Source: an uncultured Bdellovibrionales bacterium
Lineage (GTDB): Bacteria > Bdellovibrionota_G > JALEGL01 > JAGRMV01
Assembly: GCA_964497185.1 (NCBI GenBank)
Contig: CAZCBX010000001.1
Coordinates: 231,519 to 295,518 of the forward strand
Reading direction: 5' to 3'
Length of the DNA stretch: 64,000 nt
The notes beneath the pieces are model-generated. The model made no database searches and had not been told where the DNA came from. It saw only the letters and a program-made list of their open reading frames with translations. Of the stretch, positions 52,218 through 62,561 are shown piece after piece; positions within the stretch are counted from its first letter, which is position 1; every line of letters starts with the position of its first letter. The translations under genes and the position numbers were made by a program.

Positions 52218-54119
52218 GTGCGTAATCAATTTTTAGCTGTATGTTCACTGATATTGCTGGCCACGGCCTGCACCAAAAAAGACACCCATCCAGATTATTT
52301 TGGCAGTGTGATTCCAAAACATCCAGCAGATGAAATGTGGGTGGCGGCAGGGGGCGAACCTCAGTACATGGATCCCGCCCAGGTGGCCGATAGCGTGTCT
52401 CAGGCATTGACCGACTCGATATTTGTACGATTGACAGAAATTCACCCCATCACCCAAAAAGCCGTGCCGGATTACGCCACCGATTGGACCATCTCTGAGG
52501 ATGGTCGAGAGTATACTTTTTCTTTGCGCAAAGATGCAAAATGGTCGGATGGCGTGGCCATGACAGCTAAGGATGTAGAGTATTCATGGAAGCGTTTATT
52601 AAACCCCTCTACGGTGTCTACTTATTCTCAAATGGCCGACATCATTCAAAACGGCCGCGCTTATCGCACCAGCGCGCTGTGGATTGACGGTTTAACCAAG
52701 GTGGATGAAAGCACGGCAGGGCAAATTCAAGCCGCGCTTCGAAGCACGGTCAAAGATATTACGGTGGAGGTCGACCCCCAAAACAATTGGGCTTTTGTAT
52801 TCATTGAAGATGAGGTGGCGGCGTCCAAACAACAAAAAGAGCAAAATCTCATTCAAGCCATTGGTAAGAATTTTTTGGGTCAAGCCGTCACGGTGAAAAA
52901 AGCCACCAGTGAAGTGGTGCAAGCCAAAGCCAAAGATGACCACACATTTTGGGTCCGATTAAAATCTCCGGCTCCTTACTTTGCGGGCATGATCAGCTAC
53001 ATGGTATTTGCACCGGTGCCTGAGCATGCCATTGCTAAATTTGAGGCCCAAGGCAAGCCCGAACTATGGACACGCGCAGAAAACATTGTGGTCAGTGGTC
53101 CATTTAAATTGGTGGAAGAAGAATTTAAACAGTACAAAGTGTATAAGAAAAATCCGCTGTATTACGACGCCGATAAGGTTCGCTTGAACAAGGTGAAAGT
53201 TGTGTTCATCGAAACGGCACTGCCCGCCATGAACGCTTACAAAGTCGGTCAGCACGACTGGACCTCCAGTGAAAGTTATCCAAGTGAATTTGTGGATGAG
53301 ATGCGCAAGTACAAAGACACCTGGTTTATGCCCAAAACGGCCGTGTATTATTATCAAATCAACACCCAGCGCAAACCTTTTGACAATCCAAAAGTTCGCC
53401 AGGCGTTGAGTTTGGCCATCGATCGCCAATCGATTGTGGATAATATTCTAAAAATGGGCCAGGTGCCCACGCGCGATTTGGTAATGCAAGGCCTGGGTGG
53501 GTATGAAAGCATCAGCAGCGAATTGTACAATCCAGAAAAAGCCAAAAAACTTCTGGCTGAAGCAGGTTATCCCAATGGGAAAGGTTTCCCAAAGTTTACA
53601 GTCAAATTCAATACCCTTGAAGGGCACCGAAAAATTGCCACAGCCGTACAGGAAATGTGGCGAAAAACGCTGAACATCCCTGTTGAAATCACCAACATGG
53701 AATGGCGCACATTGATCGAAGATCAAAATGTGGGCAATTTTGACATCATGCGAATGGCTTGGGTTGCCGATTATATGGATCCACATACGTTTCTGAATAT
53801 TTTCTTATCGGACAGCACCAACAACCACAGCGGATGGGGCAGCGAAGAATTTGATCGCCTTGTTCATGCCTCTGATTTTGAGCGTGATGAAGCCAAAAGA
53901 ATGGCGCTTTTTCAAGAAGCGGAAAAAATCATCGCAGAAGAGCAGCCCATTCTTCCCATTTATTGGTACTCCGGCACCAAGTTGGTGAAACCCTACATCA
54001 AAGGTATGTGGCCAAGCTTGCAAGACAAATACAACTGGAAATACATGTGGATTGACGAGCGTTGGTACGATGGTGTGCCTGACGATCCCGATGCTGTTGA
54101 AAACAAACCATGGAAATAG
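52218..54119 (+). CDS. ABC transporter substrate-binding lipoprotein, family 5 (Opp/Dpp-type), paralog 1
   Basis: GTG start with a GGGGG RBS, a LLATAC lipobox, and family-5 SBP length and motifs. Confidence 0.8.
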   Translation: MRNQFLAVCSLILLATACTKKDTHPDYFGSVIPKHPADEMWVAAGGEPQYMDPAQVADSVSQALTDSIFVRLTEIHPITQKAVPDYATDWTISEDGREYTFSLRKDAKWSDGVAMTAKDVEYSWKRLLNPSTVSTYSQMADIIQNGRAYRTSALWIDGLTKVDESTAGQIQAALRSTVKDITVEVDPQNNWAFVFIEDEVAASKQQKEQNLIQAIGKNFLGQAVTVKKATSEVVQAKAKDDHTFWVRLKSPAPYFAGMISYMVFAPVPEHAIAKFEAQGKPELWTRAENIVVSGPFKLVEEEFKQYKVYKKNPLYYDADKVRLNKVKVVFIETALPAMNAYKVGQHDWTSSESYPSEFVDEMRKYKDTWFMPKTAVYYYQINTQRKPFDNPKVRQALSLAIDRQSIVDNILKMGQVPTRDLVMQGLGGYESISSELYNPEKAKKLLAEAGYPNGKGFPKFTVKFNTLEGHRKIATAVQEMWRKTLNIPVEITNMEWRTLIEDQNVGNFDIMRMAWVADYMDPHTFLNIFLSDSTNNHSGWGSEEFDRLVHASDFERDEAKRMALFQEAEKIIAEEQPILPIYWYSGTKLVKPYIKGMWPSLQDKYNWKYMWIDERWYDGVPDDPDAVENKPWK

Positions 54120-54166
54120 GGCCTACAAGCCACGATTTTTATTTTAATCAAAGAAAGACATTAAAG

Positions 54167-56071
54167 ATGAAGAAAAATTTATGGCTGATTGGTTTTTGGG
54201 TATTGGCTTTGAGCACCCCAATGGCTTGCACAAAAAAACAAGACACCTCTACGCAAACTCAAGCGGGAGGAGAGTCATCGGTTTCATATTATGGAACCAC
54301 TAAGCCCAAGCACGGCCCCGATGAAATATGGGTGAACAACCGTGAAGAGCCGCAACACCTCGATCCCACCCTCGCCACGGGCGTGCCGGATGGCATTTTG
54401 GCCATGAACGCATTTGCTCGTCTGGTGCAAATTGATCCTCAAACTTCTAAGCCCATTGCCGATTTGGCGCAAAGCTGGGAAAGCATGAAAGAGGGCACGC
54501 AATTTGTCTTTACCATGCGCGAAGGACTGACTTGGTCTGACGGTCACCCTTTGACGGCTCATGATTTTGAATATTCGTGGAAACGCTTGATGGATCCCAA
54601 AACCGGTGCGCGATATGCAGGTTTGGCCTATACAGCCATTGACGGCGGGGAAGCATTTGCGCGTGGTGCAGTGGCCCTTAAAGGTTGGAAACAAAAACCC
54701 GATGTAACAGCCGTTGAAAGTTATCTGCAAGCGCAGCAAATGGCGTACGAAAAAGTGACGCAAAGTGCGCACCATGATGTGGTTTTTGTTTTTTTTGCCA
54801 ATGAAAACCGAGCAGCGCAACAAAAAGATTTTATCAAAGCAATCGCTGCCAATCCAATCAACGGGCAAACATTAACGCCGTCCATAGCCAATGCCGATAC
54901 GGTTGGGGTCAAAGCCTTAGACGCTCAAAAGTTGCAAGTGCAACTAGTAGGACCCTTGCCTTTTTTCGTCACGCTGGCTGAATTTTCATGTTTTGCAGCG
55001 GTGCCCAAGCATGTCATTGAAAAAGTCGCCAAAGCCCACAATGGAGATGAAACCCGCTGGACCAGTGTGGACAACATGGTGTGCAGCGGCGCGTACTGTT
55101 TGGCCGAAGAAAATTTTAAAGTAAACAAAATATACAAAAAGAATCCCCGCTATTGGGATGCAGCCTCTGTGAAAACACCCAAGATTGTAGTGAAAATGAT
55201 TGAAAAAGAAACAGCGGTGATGAACGCCTACAAAGTGGGCGAACTGGATGTTTTCGGTCCGCACCAAGTACCATCCGAGATGGTCGCTTCGGTATCCAAG
55301 TTTGATGATTATCATGACGATCCGTATCTTGGTATTTACTATTACATCGTCAATACGAAAGTTCAGCCCTTGGACGACCCAAGGGTGCGCGAAGCCTTGG
55401 CGTTGGCCATCGATCGAAAAAAATTAACAGACTATGTGCTGGGCGGTAGTTACAAACCCTACCATGGTTTTGTGCCCGATGGCCTGGCAGGGTATGAAAG
55501 CCGACAAAAAGAATTGTTCAATCCAGAAAAAGCACGAAAGCTTCTTGCTGAAGCAGGCTATCCCAATGGAGAAGGCATGCCGGTATTGAAATTTAAATAC
55601 GACACCAAAGAAATTCACCGATTGGTGGCTCAAGCTGTGCAGCAAATGTGGAAAGAAAATCTAAACGTCCAGTTTGAAATGGTCAATGTGGAATGGAAGA
55701 TATACTTGGATGATTTGAACAGTCACAATTTTGAATTAACGCGCTGGGGATGGATCGGAGATTTTTTAGATCCATTTACCTTTCATGAGTTAATGCTTTC
55801 AACCAGTGGCAACAATCACACCAATTGGAGTAGTTTGGAATACGATCGACTGGTCAATACCGCCAACCGCCAAGCTGATGCACAAAAAAGATTGGATATG
55901 CTGGCAGAAGCAGAGCAGATCGTTATGGACGCGCAGGCTGTGATTCCGATGTTTCTGTACACCAAAACGTATATGCACAAACCTTATGTAAAAGGTTTTT
56001 ATGCAGATTATCAAGATCACCATTTATGGAAGCACATGTACATTGAAACAAACGAACAACAGAAAAAATAG
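54167..56071 (+). CDS. ABC transporter substrate-binding lipoprotein, family 5 (Opp/Dpp-type), paralog 2
   Basis: A PMAC lipobox. It is about 30-35% identical to paralog 1 by eye, with shared blocks YSWKRL, ALSLAIDR, LLAEAGYPNG and KPYIKG/KPYVKG. Confidence 0.8.
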   Translation: MKKNLWLIGFWVLALSTPMACTKKQDTSTQTQAGGESSVSYYGTTKPKHGPDEIWVNNREEPQHLDPTLATGVPDGILAMNAFARLVQIDPQTSKPIADLAQSWESMKEGTQFVFTMREGLTWSDGHPLTAHDFEYSWKRLMDPKTGARYAGLAYTAIDGGEAFARGAVALKGWKQKPDVTAVESYLQAQQMAYEKVTQSAHHDVVFVFFANENRAAQQKDFIKAIAANPINGQTLTPSIANADTVGVKALDAQKLQVQLVGPLPFFVTLAEFSCFAAVPKHVIEKVAKAHNGDETRWTSVDNMVCSGAYCLAEENFKVNKIYKKNPRYWDAASVKTPKIVVKMIEKETAVMNAYKVGELDVFGPHQVPSEMVASVSKFDDYHDDPYLGIYYYIVNTKVQPLDDPRVREALALAIDRKKLTDYVLGGSYKPYHGFVPDGLAGYESRQKELFNPEKARKLLAEAGYPNGEGMPVLKFKYDTKEIHRLVAQAVQQMWKENLNVQFEMVNVEWKIYLDDLNSHNFELTRWGWIGDFLDPFTFHELMLSTSGNNHTNWSSLEYDRLVNTANRQADAQKRLDMLAEAEQIVMDAQAVIPMFLYTKTYMHKPYVKGFYADYQDHHLWKHMYIETNEQQKK

Positions 56072-56141
56072 CCAGTTTGACATTCAAAACCGATTGCGAC
56101 ATAACTTGAACGTACACAAGCGTTAGGGGGCAAAAACGATT

Positions 56142-57059
56142 ATGGCACTATTTATCGCAAAACGCCTTGTGGGTATGTTGGTTACATTGCTGGTCATTGT
56201 CACGTTGTCTTTTTTTATGATGCGCTCTGCACCCGGGTCACCTTTTTCAGCCGAGCGTGATGTACCAGTTGAAGTCTTGCAAGCCCTCCAGGCCAAATAT
56301 GGTTTTGATAAACCACTGCATGAGCAGTATTTTCAATATTTGGGCAATCTGGCCAAAGGGGATTTGGGCCTGTCTATTAAATATACCAACCGCACCGTCA
56401 ATGAGATCATTAAAATTAGCTTACCCAAAACCATGATGATTGGCGGGTTGGCCTTGGCATTTGCCATATGTTTTGGCATGGGTGCGGGGATGATCGCGGC
56501 CGTCTTTCAAAATACAAAATGGGATTATTCGGTGATGTCCTTGGCCATGGTGGGTATTAGTGTTCCCGCTTTGGTATCGGGGCCATTGTTGATTCTCATA
56601 TTTGCGCTTGGTTTGGGTTGGTTTCCGACCAGTGGATGGGGATCTTTTAAGCATTTGATTTTACCCGCAATCACGCTCGGCAGTGGATATGCTGCTTACA
56701 TCGCCCGATTAACCCGTGGTGGCATGTTGGAAGTGATTCGATCCAATTACATACGAACTGCGCATGCCAAAGGGCTGTCGGAAAAAGTGGTGGTGTTAAA
56801 GCATGCGCTTAAAGGCGGTATTTTGCCTGTGGTTACATTTATGGGTCCTGCGGTGGCCGGCATCATGGTGGGTAGTGTGGTGGTGGAAAAGATTTTTAAC
56901 ACACCAGGCATGGGCCCTTATTTTGTAGATGCGGCTTTCAATCGAGACTACTTTTTATTGATGGGCGTGGTCATTGTATATGCCGTGTTTTTGTTGGTGC
57001 TCAATCTTTTGGTCGACATTGTGTATGGTTTTATTGATCCTAGAATCCGATATGAGTAG
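56142..57059 (+). CDS. ABC transporter permease (OppB/DppB-type)
   Basis: Six TM helices with an EAA-like loop (IRTAHAKGLSE). Confidence 0.85.
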   Translation: MALFIAKRLVGMLVTLLVIVTLSFFMMRSAPGSPFSAERDVPVEVLQALQAKYGFDKPLHEQYFQYLGNLAKGDLGLSIKYTNRTVNEIIKISLPKTMMIGGLALAFAICFGMGAGMIAAVFQNTKWDYSVMSLAMVGISVPALVSGPLLILIFALGLGWFPTSGWGSFKHLILPAITLGSGYAAYIARLTRGGMLEVIRSNYIRTAHAKGLSEKVVVLKHALKGGILPVVTFMGPAVAGIMVGSVVVEKIFNTPGMGPYFVDAAFNRDYFLLMGVVIVYAVFLLVLNLLVDIVYGFIDPRIRYE

Positions 57060-57062
57060 TCC

Positions 57063-58061
57063 ATGACCCATGTAGCCATCAAACAAGAGCCCGGCGATCG
57101 TCATCCTCCAGAGCAATATGTGGTGGAGGGCGTATCCTTATGGAAAGACGCATGGAAGCGCCTGAAAAAAAACAAAGCAGCCATGGTATCGGCGTACATT
57201 GTACTGTTTATGATTTTGATTTGTTTTTTTGGCCCCTTGATTTTAAGCAAAGGCTTTGGCTACGATTTTAGTACGCAAAACTTGGCTTATGGCGCCAAAC
57301 CGCCGAGCTTGGCCCATCCATTCGGAACGGATTATTTCGGGCGGGATTTATTAACCCGAACATTGGTGGGCGGCAGCATCAGTTTAATGGTTGGTTTAAT
57401 CGCGGCCACGGTGGCAGCTTTGGTGGGGACAGTGTACGGCTCGGTTTCTGGATACTTTGGCGGCAGAGTCGATAATTTTATGATGCGCGTGGTGGATGTT
57501 TTGTATGCGGTGCCTTATATGTTTTTGGTGATCATTTTGGTGACCACCATCGAAGATGTTGAGATTGGTGCTTTTTTTAAACCATTCAATCAGCTATCCG
57601 AAATGCTGATGGGTTTAGAAATTTTTGAGGGGCGTCTAATTTTATTGTTTGTGGCGTTGGGCTTTGTGGGTTGGCTGACCACAGCAAGAATTGTTCGAGG
57701 TCAGATTTTAAGCTTAAAAGAAAAAGAGTTTGTTGAAGCTGCCCGTAGCATGGGCGTGGCACATCACAATATTATTTTTCGCCACTTGATTCCCAATACT
57801 TTGGGCACCATCGTTGTCTATTTTACGCTTACGGTTCCTTCCATGATCATGCAGGAGGCATTTTTGTCTTTTATTGGTTTGGGCATTCAGCCTCCCAATC
57901 CAAGCTTGGGATCGCTGATCAATGAGGGTGCCAATCAAATGCAACTGAGCTGGTGGAGTTTGGTGTTTCCAGGGTTGTTTCTCGCAATACTTTTATACTG
58001 TTTAAATTTTATCGGGGATGGCCTTCGCGATGCGCTAGACCCTAAGCAGAAGAAAGATTGA
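57063..58061 (+). CDS. ABC transporter permease (OppC/DppC-type)
   Basis: A TM permease with an EAARSMGV loop. Confidence 0.85.
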   Translation: MTHVAIKQEPGDRHPPEQYVVEGVSLWKDAWKRLKKNKAAMVSAYIVLFMILICFFGPLILSKGFGYDFSTQNLAYGAKPPSLAHPFGTDYFGRDLLTRTLVGGSISLMVGLIAATVAALVGTVYGSVSGYFGGRVDNFMMRVVDVLYAVPYMFLVIILVTTIEDVEIGAFFKPFNQLSEMLMGLEIFEGRLILLFVALGFVGWLTTARIVRGQILSLKEKEFVEAARSMGVAHHNIIFRHLIPNTLGTIVVYFTLTVPSMIMQEAFLSFIGLGIQPPNPSLGSLINEGANQMQLSWWSLVFPGLFLAILLYCLNFIGDGLRDALDPKQKKD

Positions 58062-59035
58062 TGAATATGTCTCTGTTGCAAGTCAAAGATCTTCGCACTT
58101 ATTTTCGCATGGATGACGCCATCGTCAAAGCCGTCGATGGTGTTGATTTAGACATTCGAAAAGGAGAAATTGTCGGCATTGTGGGGGAAAGCGGCAGTGG
58201 CAAATCGGTGACATGTTTGTCGATTATGAAGCTCATCCCATCTCCACCTGGATATCATCCCACCGGATCCATTTTATTCAACGGCGAAGATCTCATGCAG
58301 TCGAATAAAAAAAGAATGCGCGCCATCCGAGGCAATCAAATATCCATGATTTTTCAGGATCCCATGAGTTCCCTCAACCCTTTTTTAACCGTGGAAACAC
58401 AGCTGTGTGAAGTGCTTGAACTTCATGAAAATAAAACGCGGCGGCAAGCGCGCACCAAAGCCATTGATATATTGGAACGTGTGGGCATCCCCAATGCAGA
58501 AGGTAGAATTGGACAATACCCGCATCAATTTTCTGGAGGCATGCGCCAACGGGTGATGATTGCGATGGGTCTATTGTGTAAACCCGAGCTGTTGATTGCC
58601 GATGAACCCACAACTGCATTGGACGTGACCATTCAGGCTCAAATTCTGGAGTTGATGAAAGAATTAAATCACGACTATGGCACAAGCATTATTATGATCA
58701 CGCATGATTTGGGCGTGGTCGCGGGCATGGCACAGCGTATTGTCGTAATGTACGGTGGAAACGTGGTGGAAAAAGCCCCCACCGACCAGCTTTTTTCCGA
58801 TCCAAAACATCCATACACGCGGGCGCTTTTGCAAGGCATTCCCCGTTTGGATATGGCAAAACAGGATCAGCTCAAACCCATTCCTGGCCTTCCGCCGGAT
58901 TTATCGGATTTGCCCAGCGGCTGTCATTTTCATCCGCGTTGTCCAGAAGTCATCGACAAGTGCAAAGTCCATTACCCCGATACGGTGGAAATTTCAGAGC
59001 AGCGAACAGCAGCCTGTTGGAGGGTGGAAACATGA
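58058..59035 (+). CDS. ABC transporter ATP-binding protein (OppD/DppD-type)
   Basis: Walker [17 protein letters not shown] signature, Walker [13 protein letters not shown], and a C-terminal oligopeptide-type extension with Cys. Confidence 0.85.
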   Translation: MMNMSLLQVKDLRTYFRMDDAIVKAVDGVDLDIRKGEIVGIVGESGSGKSVTCLSIMKLIPSPPGYHPTGSILFNGEDLMQSNKKRMRAIRGNQISMIFQDPMSSLNPFLTVETQLCEVLELHENKTRRQARTKAIDILERVGIPNAEGRIGQYPHQFSGGMRQRVMIAMGLLCKPELLIADEPTTALDVTIQAQILELMKELNHDYGTSIIMITHDLGVVAGMAQRIVVMYGGNVVEKAPTDQLFSDPKHPYTRALLQGIPRLDMAKQDQLKPIPGLPPDLSDLPSGCHFHPRCPEVIDKCKVHYPDTVEISEQRTAACWRVET

Positions 59036-60042
59036 CAGAACCCATCTTGCAGGTGCGGGATTTAAAAATGCATTTTCCCGTCAAACAAAGCGGCAATCCG
59101 TTTGCCAAGCCCACCCCACTCAAAGCGGTTGATGGTGTGAATTTGGATGTATATCCAGGTGAAACCATTGGCTTGGTGGGTGAAAGCGGATGTGGAAAAT
59201 CCACGTTGGGTCGAACCATTATGCAGTTGTACAAACCCACCGCGGGTGAAGTGTGGTTTGAAGGTCAAAAGGTTCAGCATGGCGATCGAGAGACTTTGAC
59301 CAATCTGCGACAAAACATGCAAATGATTTTTCAAGACCCTTTTTCGAGTTTAAACCCTCGGATGACTGTCGAAGACATCGTGTCGGAGCCGCTGCGAACC
59401 TACAATATTTTAAAGGGCAAAGAACTACGCCATAAAGTACAAGAATTGCTTGAGCGTGTGGGGATGAATCCACGGTACATTCGTCGATACCCGCATGAGT
59501 TTTCAGGCGGCCAATGTCAACGAATTGGCATTGCCCGTGCTTTGGCCATTAATCCAAAGGTGATCATTGCCGATGAACCCATCAGTGCGCTGGATGTATC
59601 CATTCAAGCACAAATTCTTAATTTGATGGAAAAGCTTCAAGAAGAGATGGGCTTAACCTACATTTTTATTGCGCATGATTTGGCAGCCGTTCGTCACATT
59701 TCGGATCGAATCGCGGTGATGTACCTGGGGCGCATTGTTGAAATTGCCCAGGGCGAAACCATCATGAAGGCGCCAAAACATCCCTATACTCAAGCGTTGA
59801 TTTCAGCCGTTCCCATTCCCAATCCCGAATTGGAACGCAAACGCGAGCGCATCGTGTTACAGGGAGATGTACCCAGCGCTCTTAAGCCCCCCCAAGGTTG
59901 CACCTTTCATACGCGATGTTTTAAAATGCAAGAGGATTGCAAAATCAATCCCCCACAGCTCGAAACCATCGAAGCGAATCACGAAGTATCTTGTTTTTAT
60001 CCTGGCTCCGCCATCGAAAAAGACATTCTACCCACCGTATAA
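59032..60042 (+). CDS. ABC transporter ATP-binding protein (OppF/DppF-type)
   Basis: Walker A GESGCGKST, FSGGQCQR and VIIADEPISALD. The start is ATG 59032, overlapping the upstream stop (ATGA). Confidence 0.85.
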   Translation: MTEPILQVRDLKMHFPVKQSGNPFAKPTPLKAVDGVNLDVYPGETIGLVGESGCGKSTLGRTIMQLYKPTAGEVWFEGQKVQHGDRETLTNLRQNMQMIFQDPFSSLNPRMTVEDIVSEPLRTYNILKGKELRHKVQELLERVGMNPRYIRRYPHEFSGGQCQRIGIARALAINPKVIIADEPISALDVSIQAQILNLMEKLQEEMGLTYIFIAHDLAAVRHISDRIAVMYLGRIVEIAQGETIMKAPKHPYTQALISAVPIPNPELERKRERIVLQGDVPSALKPPQGCTFHTRCFKMQEDCKINPPQLETIEANHEVSCFYPGSAIEKDILPTV

Positions 60043-60075
60043 AAAACAGCGCTACTATGATATAATCATAAGAGC

Positions 60076-60480
60076 ATGCGACTTTTTAAACATACAATGA
60101 TTCTATTGTTCTTGGTGAACTTTGCGGTTTCCAGCACGGCAAACGCGCTTATATCGGCTTGTGACTGCGCCCAGAAAGAAAAGCACGCAACCATGGATCA
60201 TGGTAAAGCTGATCATGCTTCTTCCAAAATGCCATGCCATGAAGCAGAACATGATGAAGGAGCCAAAAATCATGCTGAGATGGACCCTGCTGCTGATCAA
60301 ATGGCAGATGATGCCGGGTGCATGTGCGGACAGTGTTTAATTACAAATGCCATGGTGTTAAGTAACGCTGCTGGCTTTAAACATTTATTGCGTATGAATG
60401 CATTGGATTCATCGATCGACGATTTTTTAAGATCCATTCCACCTTTTAAAATCGACTACCCACCCCAACAAATCTCCTAA
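60076..60480 (+). CDS. secreted His/Cys-rich putative metal-binding protein
   Basis: A signal peptide, followed by ten His and CDC / CMCGQC motifs in ~90 residues. Confidence 0.4.
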   Translation: MRLFKHTMILLFLVNFAVSSTANALISACDCAQKEKHATMDHGKADHASSKMPCHEAEHDEGAKNHAEMDPAADQMADDAGCMCGQCLITNAMVLSNAAGFKHLLRMNALDSSIDDFLRSIPPFKIDYPPQQIS

Positions 60481-60562
60481 AGTTTTTGCGCTTATTGTGT
60501 GATTGCACAAAAGCGTCCTGAGCGTTTAATCACGTTTAGCAATAACTTTAATTAGGAGATTT

Positions 60563-61213
60563 ATGATGAAATTACATTACGTTTTTGCATTTTGTTTGCT
60601 TGCCTTGGCGCTGGCAAGCAAGGTTCAAGCAAGGCCCGTATCCTATGCCCGTGGCTGGACCGTGATGCAAAAAAACGATTTTAATTCAAGCTCATTGCAT
60701 GTGCATTATTCACCCACCGCTATATATTCCATTGGGTATAGAGGCGAATACTTTAAAGATGAACACTGGCAATGGCATGGTGTGCAATTGAATTATTTGC
60801 TTAACCGCTGGAATAAGCAAGGTTCTCAGGCCAACATATACCTGAAAACCGGGCTGGGTGCTGCATACAGTGACCAGCAACCATTTCAGGGAAAAACAGC
60901 GCTGGGTGGGTTCATTGGACTAGCCGCTGATTGGGAAACGCGTAGATATTTTGTTTCTTATGAAAACCGATATGTATATGCGCAGCCCATCGAGGACTTG
61001 TTTAATCAAAAAGCCCGTGTGGGATTTGCGCCGTACATTGGTGATTATGGGGCACTTCATACGTGGCTGATGCTTCAAGTGGAACATAACCCCATGCAGA
61101 CAAATAAAATGACCTACACACCCTTGGTACGTTTTTTTAAAGGCGCATATCTTGTAGAGGCAGGCATCAATCACCGAGGTGAAATGCTCTTTAACTGGAT
61201 TGTTCGTTTTTAA
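60563..61213 (+). CDS. putative outer-membrane beta-barrel protein
   Basis: A signal peptide (ALASKVQA), amphipathic beta-strand periodicity, and a C-terminal Phe. Confidence 0.45.
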   Translation: MMKLHYVFAFCLLALALASKVQARPVSYARGWTVMQKNDFNSSSLHVHYSPTAIYSIGYRGEYFKDEHWQWHGVQLNYLLNRWNKQGSQANIYLKTGLGAAYSDQQPFQGKTALGGFIGLAADWETRRYFVSYENRYVYAQPIEDLFNQKARVGFAPYIGDYGALHTWLMLQVEHNPMQTNKMTYTPLVRFFKGAYLVEAGINHRGEMLFNWIVRF

Positions 61214-61255
61214 GTCAACGTCATGAATCAACATCAACAAAAAAGGAATACATAT

Positions 61256-61663
61256 ATGAAAACAGTACACAAAACATTTATCTTTTTAACCATCCTTCTA
61301 ACAAGCTCTGCGTTTGCACAAGATACGACAGTACAATCAACACAAGCGCATGACCACAGTACTATGAACCATTCAAGGCATAAAGAAGCCACCGTCACAC
61401 AGCCGAAAGCTAAACCCACAGCGGATTGTGAAAATACGATCACTGTAAGAGTTGATGGTTTGGTTTGTGATTTTTGCGCACGCGCGTTAGAGAAAGTATT
61501 TAACAAACACGATGAAGTTGAAAATATAAAAGTAGATCTCAATCAAGGTACAGTATTGGTGAAACTTAAACCGAAACAAAATTTGGATGAAGCAACTCTA
61601 ACCAAAGTTATTACCGATTCAGGCTACAATATGAAAAGCATTCAAAGAGGCTGTGATGCATAA
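61256..61663 (+). CDS. periplasmic HMA-domain metallochaperone (MerP/CopZ-like)
   Basis: A signal peptide and a GLVCDFCA (xxCxxC) HMA motif in a ~70-aa ferredoxin-like domain. AAGGAA RBS. Confidence 0.55.
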   Translation: MKTVHKTFIFLTILLTSSAFAQDTTVQSTQAHDHSTMNHSRHKEATVTQPKAKPTADCENTITVRVDGLVCDFCARALEKVFNKHDEVENIKVDLNQGTVLVKLKPKQNLDEATLTKVITDSGYNMKSIQRGCDA

Positions 61664-62036
61664 AATATCCAGTCAAGCATGGGTGTCGACGTTAAGCTTG
61701 TTTGGTTCAACGGGCACGTTGCTGTGCTGCGCGCTGCCAGCTTTATTTGTAAGCATCGGGGCAGGTGCGGCTTTTGCCGGTATGGTATCAGCTGCTCCAT
61801 GGTTGGTGACGTTATCAAAATACAAGGCATGGACGTTCGGTATTTCAGGCTTGCTGATCATGATCGCTGGCTGGATGCGCTGGCGATCGAGAAATGAACC
61901 ATGCCCTATTGATGAAAAAAAAGCACGGGCCTGCGCTCAGCTTAGAAAATTGAGCGGCATCATCTATGGAGTTTCCGTTTTTATTTGGGCCATTGGTTTT
62001 TTCTTTGCTTTTGTGGCCGTTCATATTTTTTATTAA
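61653..62036 (+). CDS. MerT-like heavy-metal transport membrane protein
   Basis: Three TM helices, a CC pair in TM1 (GTLLCCALPALF), and a Cys pair in the cytoplasmic loop (CPIDEKKARAC), as in MerT. Confidence 0.5.
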   Translation: MMHKISSQAWVSTLSLFGSTGTLLCCALPALFVSIGAGAAFAGMVSAAPWLVTLSKYKAWTFGISGLLIMIAGWMRWRSRNEPCPIDEKKARACAQLRKLSGIIYGVSVFIWAIGFFFAFVAVHIFY

Positions 62037-62048
62037 AAGGAGAAGCAA

Positions 62049-62561
62049 ATGAATACATATAAACGATTTCTAACCATGATTGGCACGTCAACTGTTGCGA
62101 TGTTTGGTCTGATGTACCTCAACACGTATGCGTTAAACCATGTGTATTGGAGTGAAAATCGCATGTATATGGCATTGTATATGGGAAGCATGATGGCCAT
62201 TGTGATGCTTGCATTTATGTTGAGGATGTATCCAGACAAAATAAAGAATCTGGCTATATTTGCATGCAGCGCTGTTATTTTCTGTTTGGGGGTTTTTTTG
62301 ATGCGCAGTCAAGCCACCGTCCAGGATCAATCATGGATGCAAGCCATGATCCCTCATCACTCGATTGCTGTGCTAACCAGTAAGCGAGCCGAAATAAAAG
62401 ATGTGCGCGTGCGTAAGCTCGCCAACGAAATAATCAAAGCCCAGCGCCGTGAAATCAAAGAGATGAAATGGCTGATCAATGATATTAAAGATAATGGCGA
62501 AGCCACCACGCAAGAGAAGGCGGCAAATCGTCCAGTGCCAACGTTTGAAGGGAACCTATAA
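62049..62561 (+). CDS. DUF305-family protein
   Basis: MIPHHSIAV (HH motif) after N-terminal TM helices. Confidence 0.55.
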   Translation: MNTYKRFLTMIGTSTVAMFGLMYLNTYALNHVYWSENRMYMALYMGSMMAIVMLAFMLRMYPDKIKNLAIFACSAVIFCLGVFLMRSQATVQDQSWMQAMIPHHSIAVLTSKRAEIKDVRVRKLANEIIKAQRREIKEMKWLINDIKDNGEATTQEKAANRPVPTFEGNL

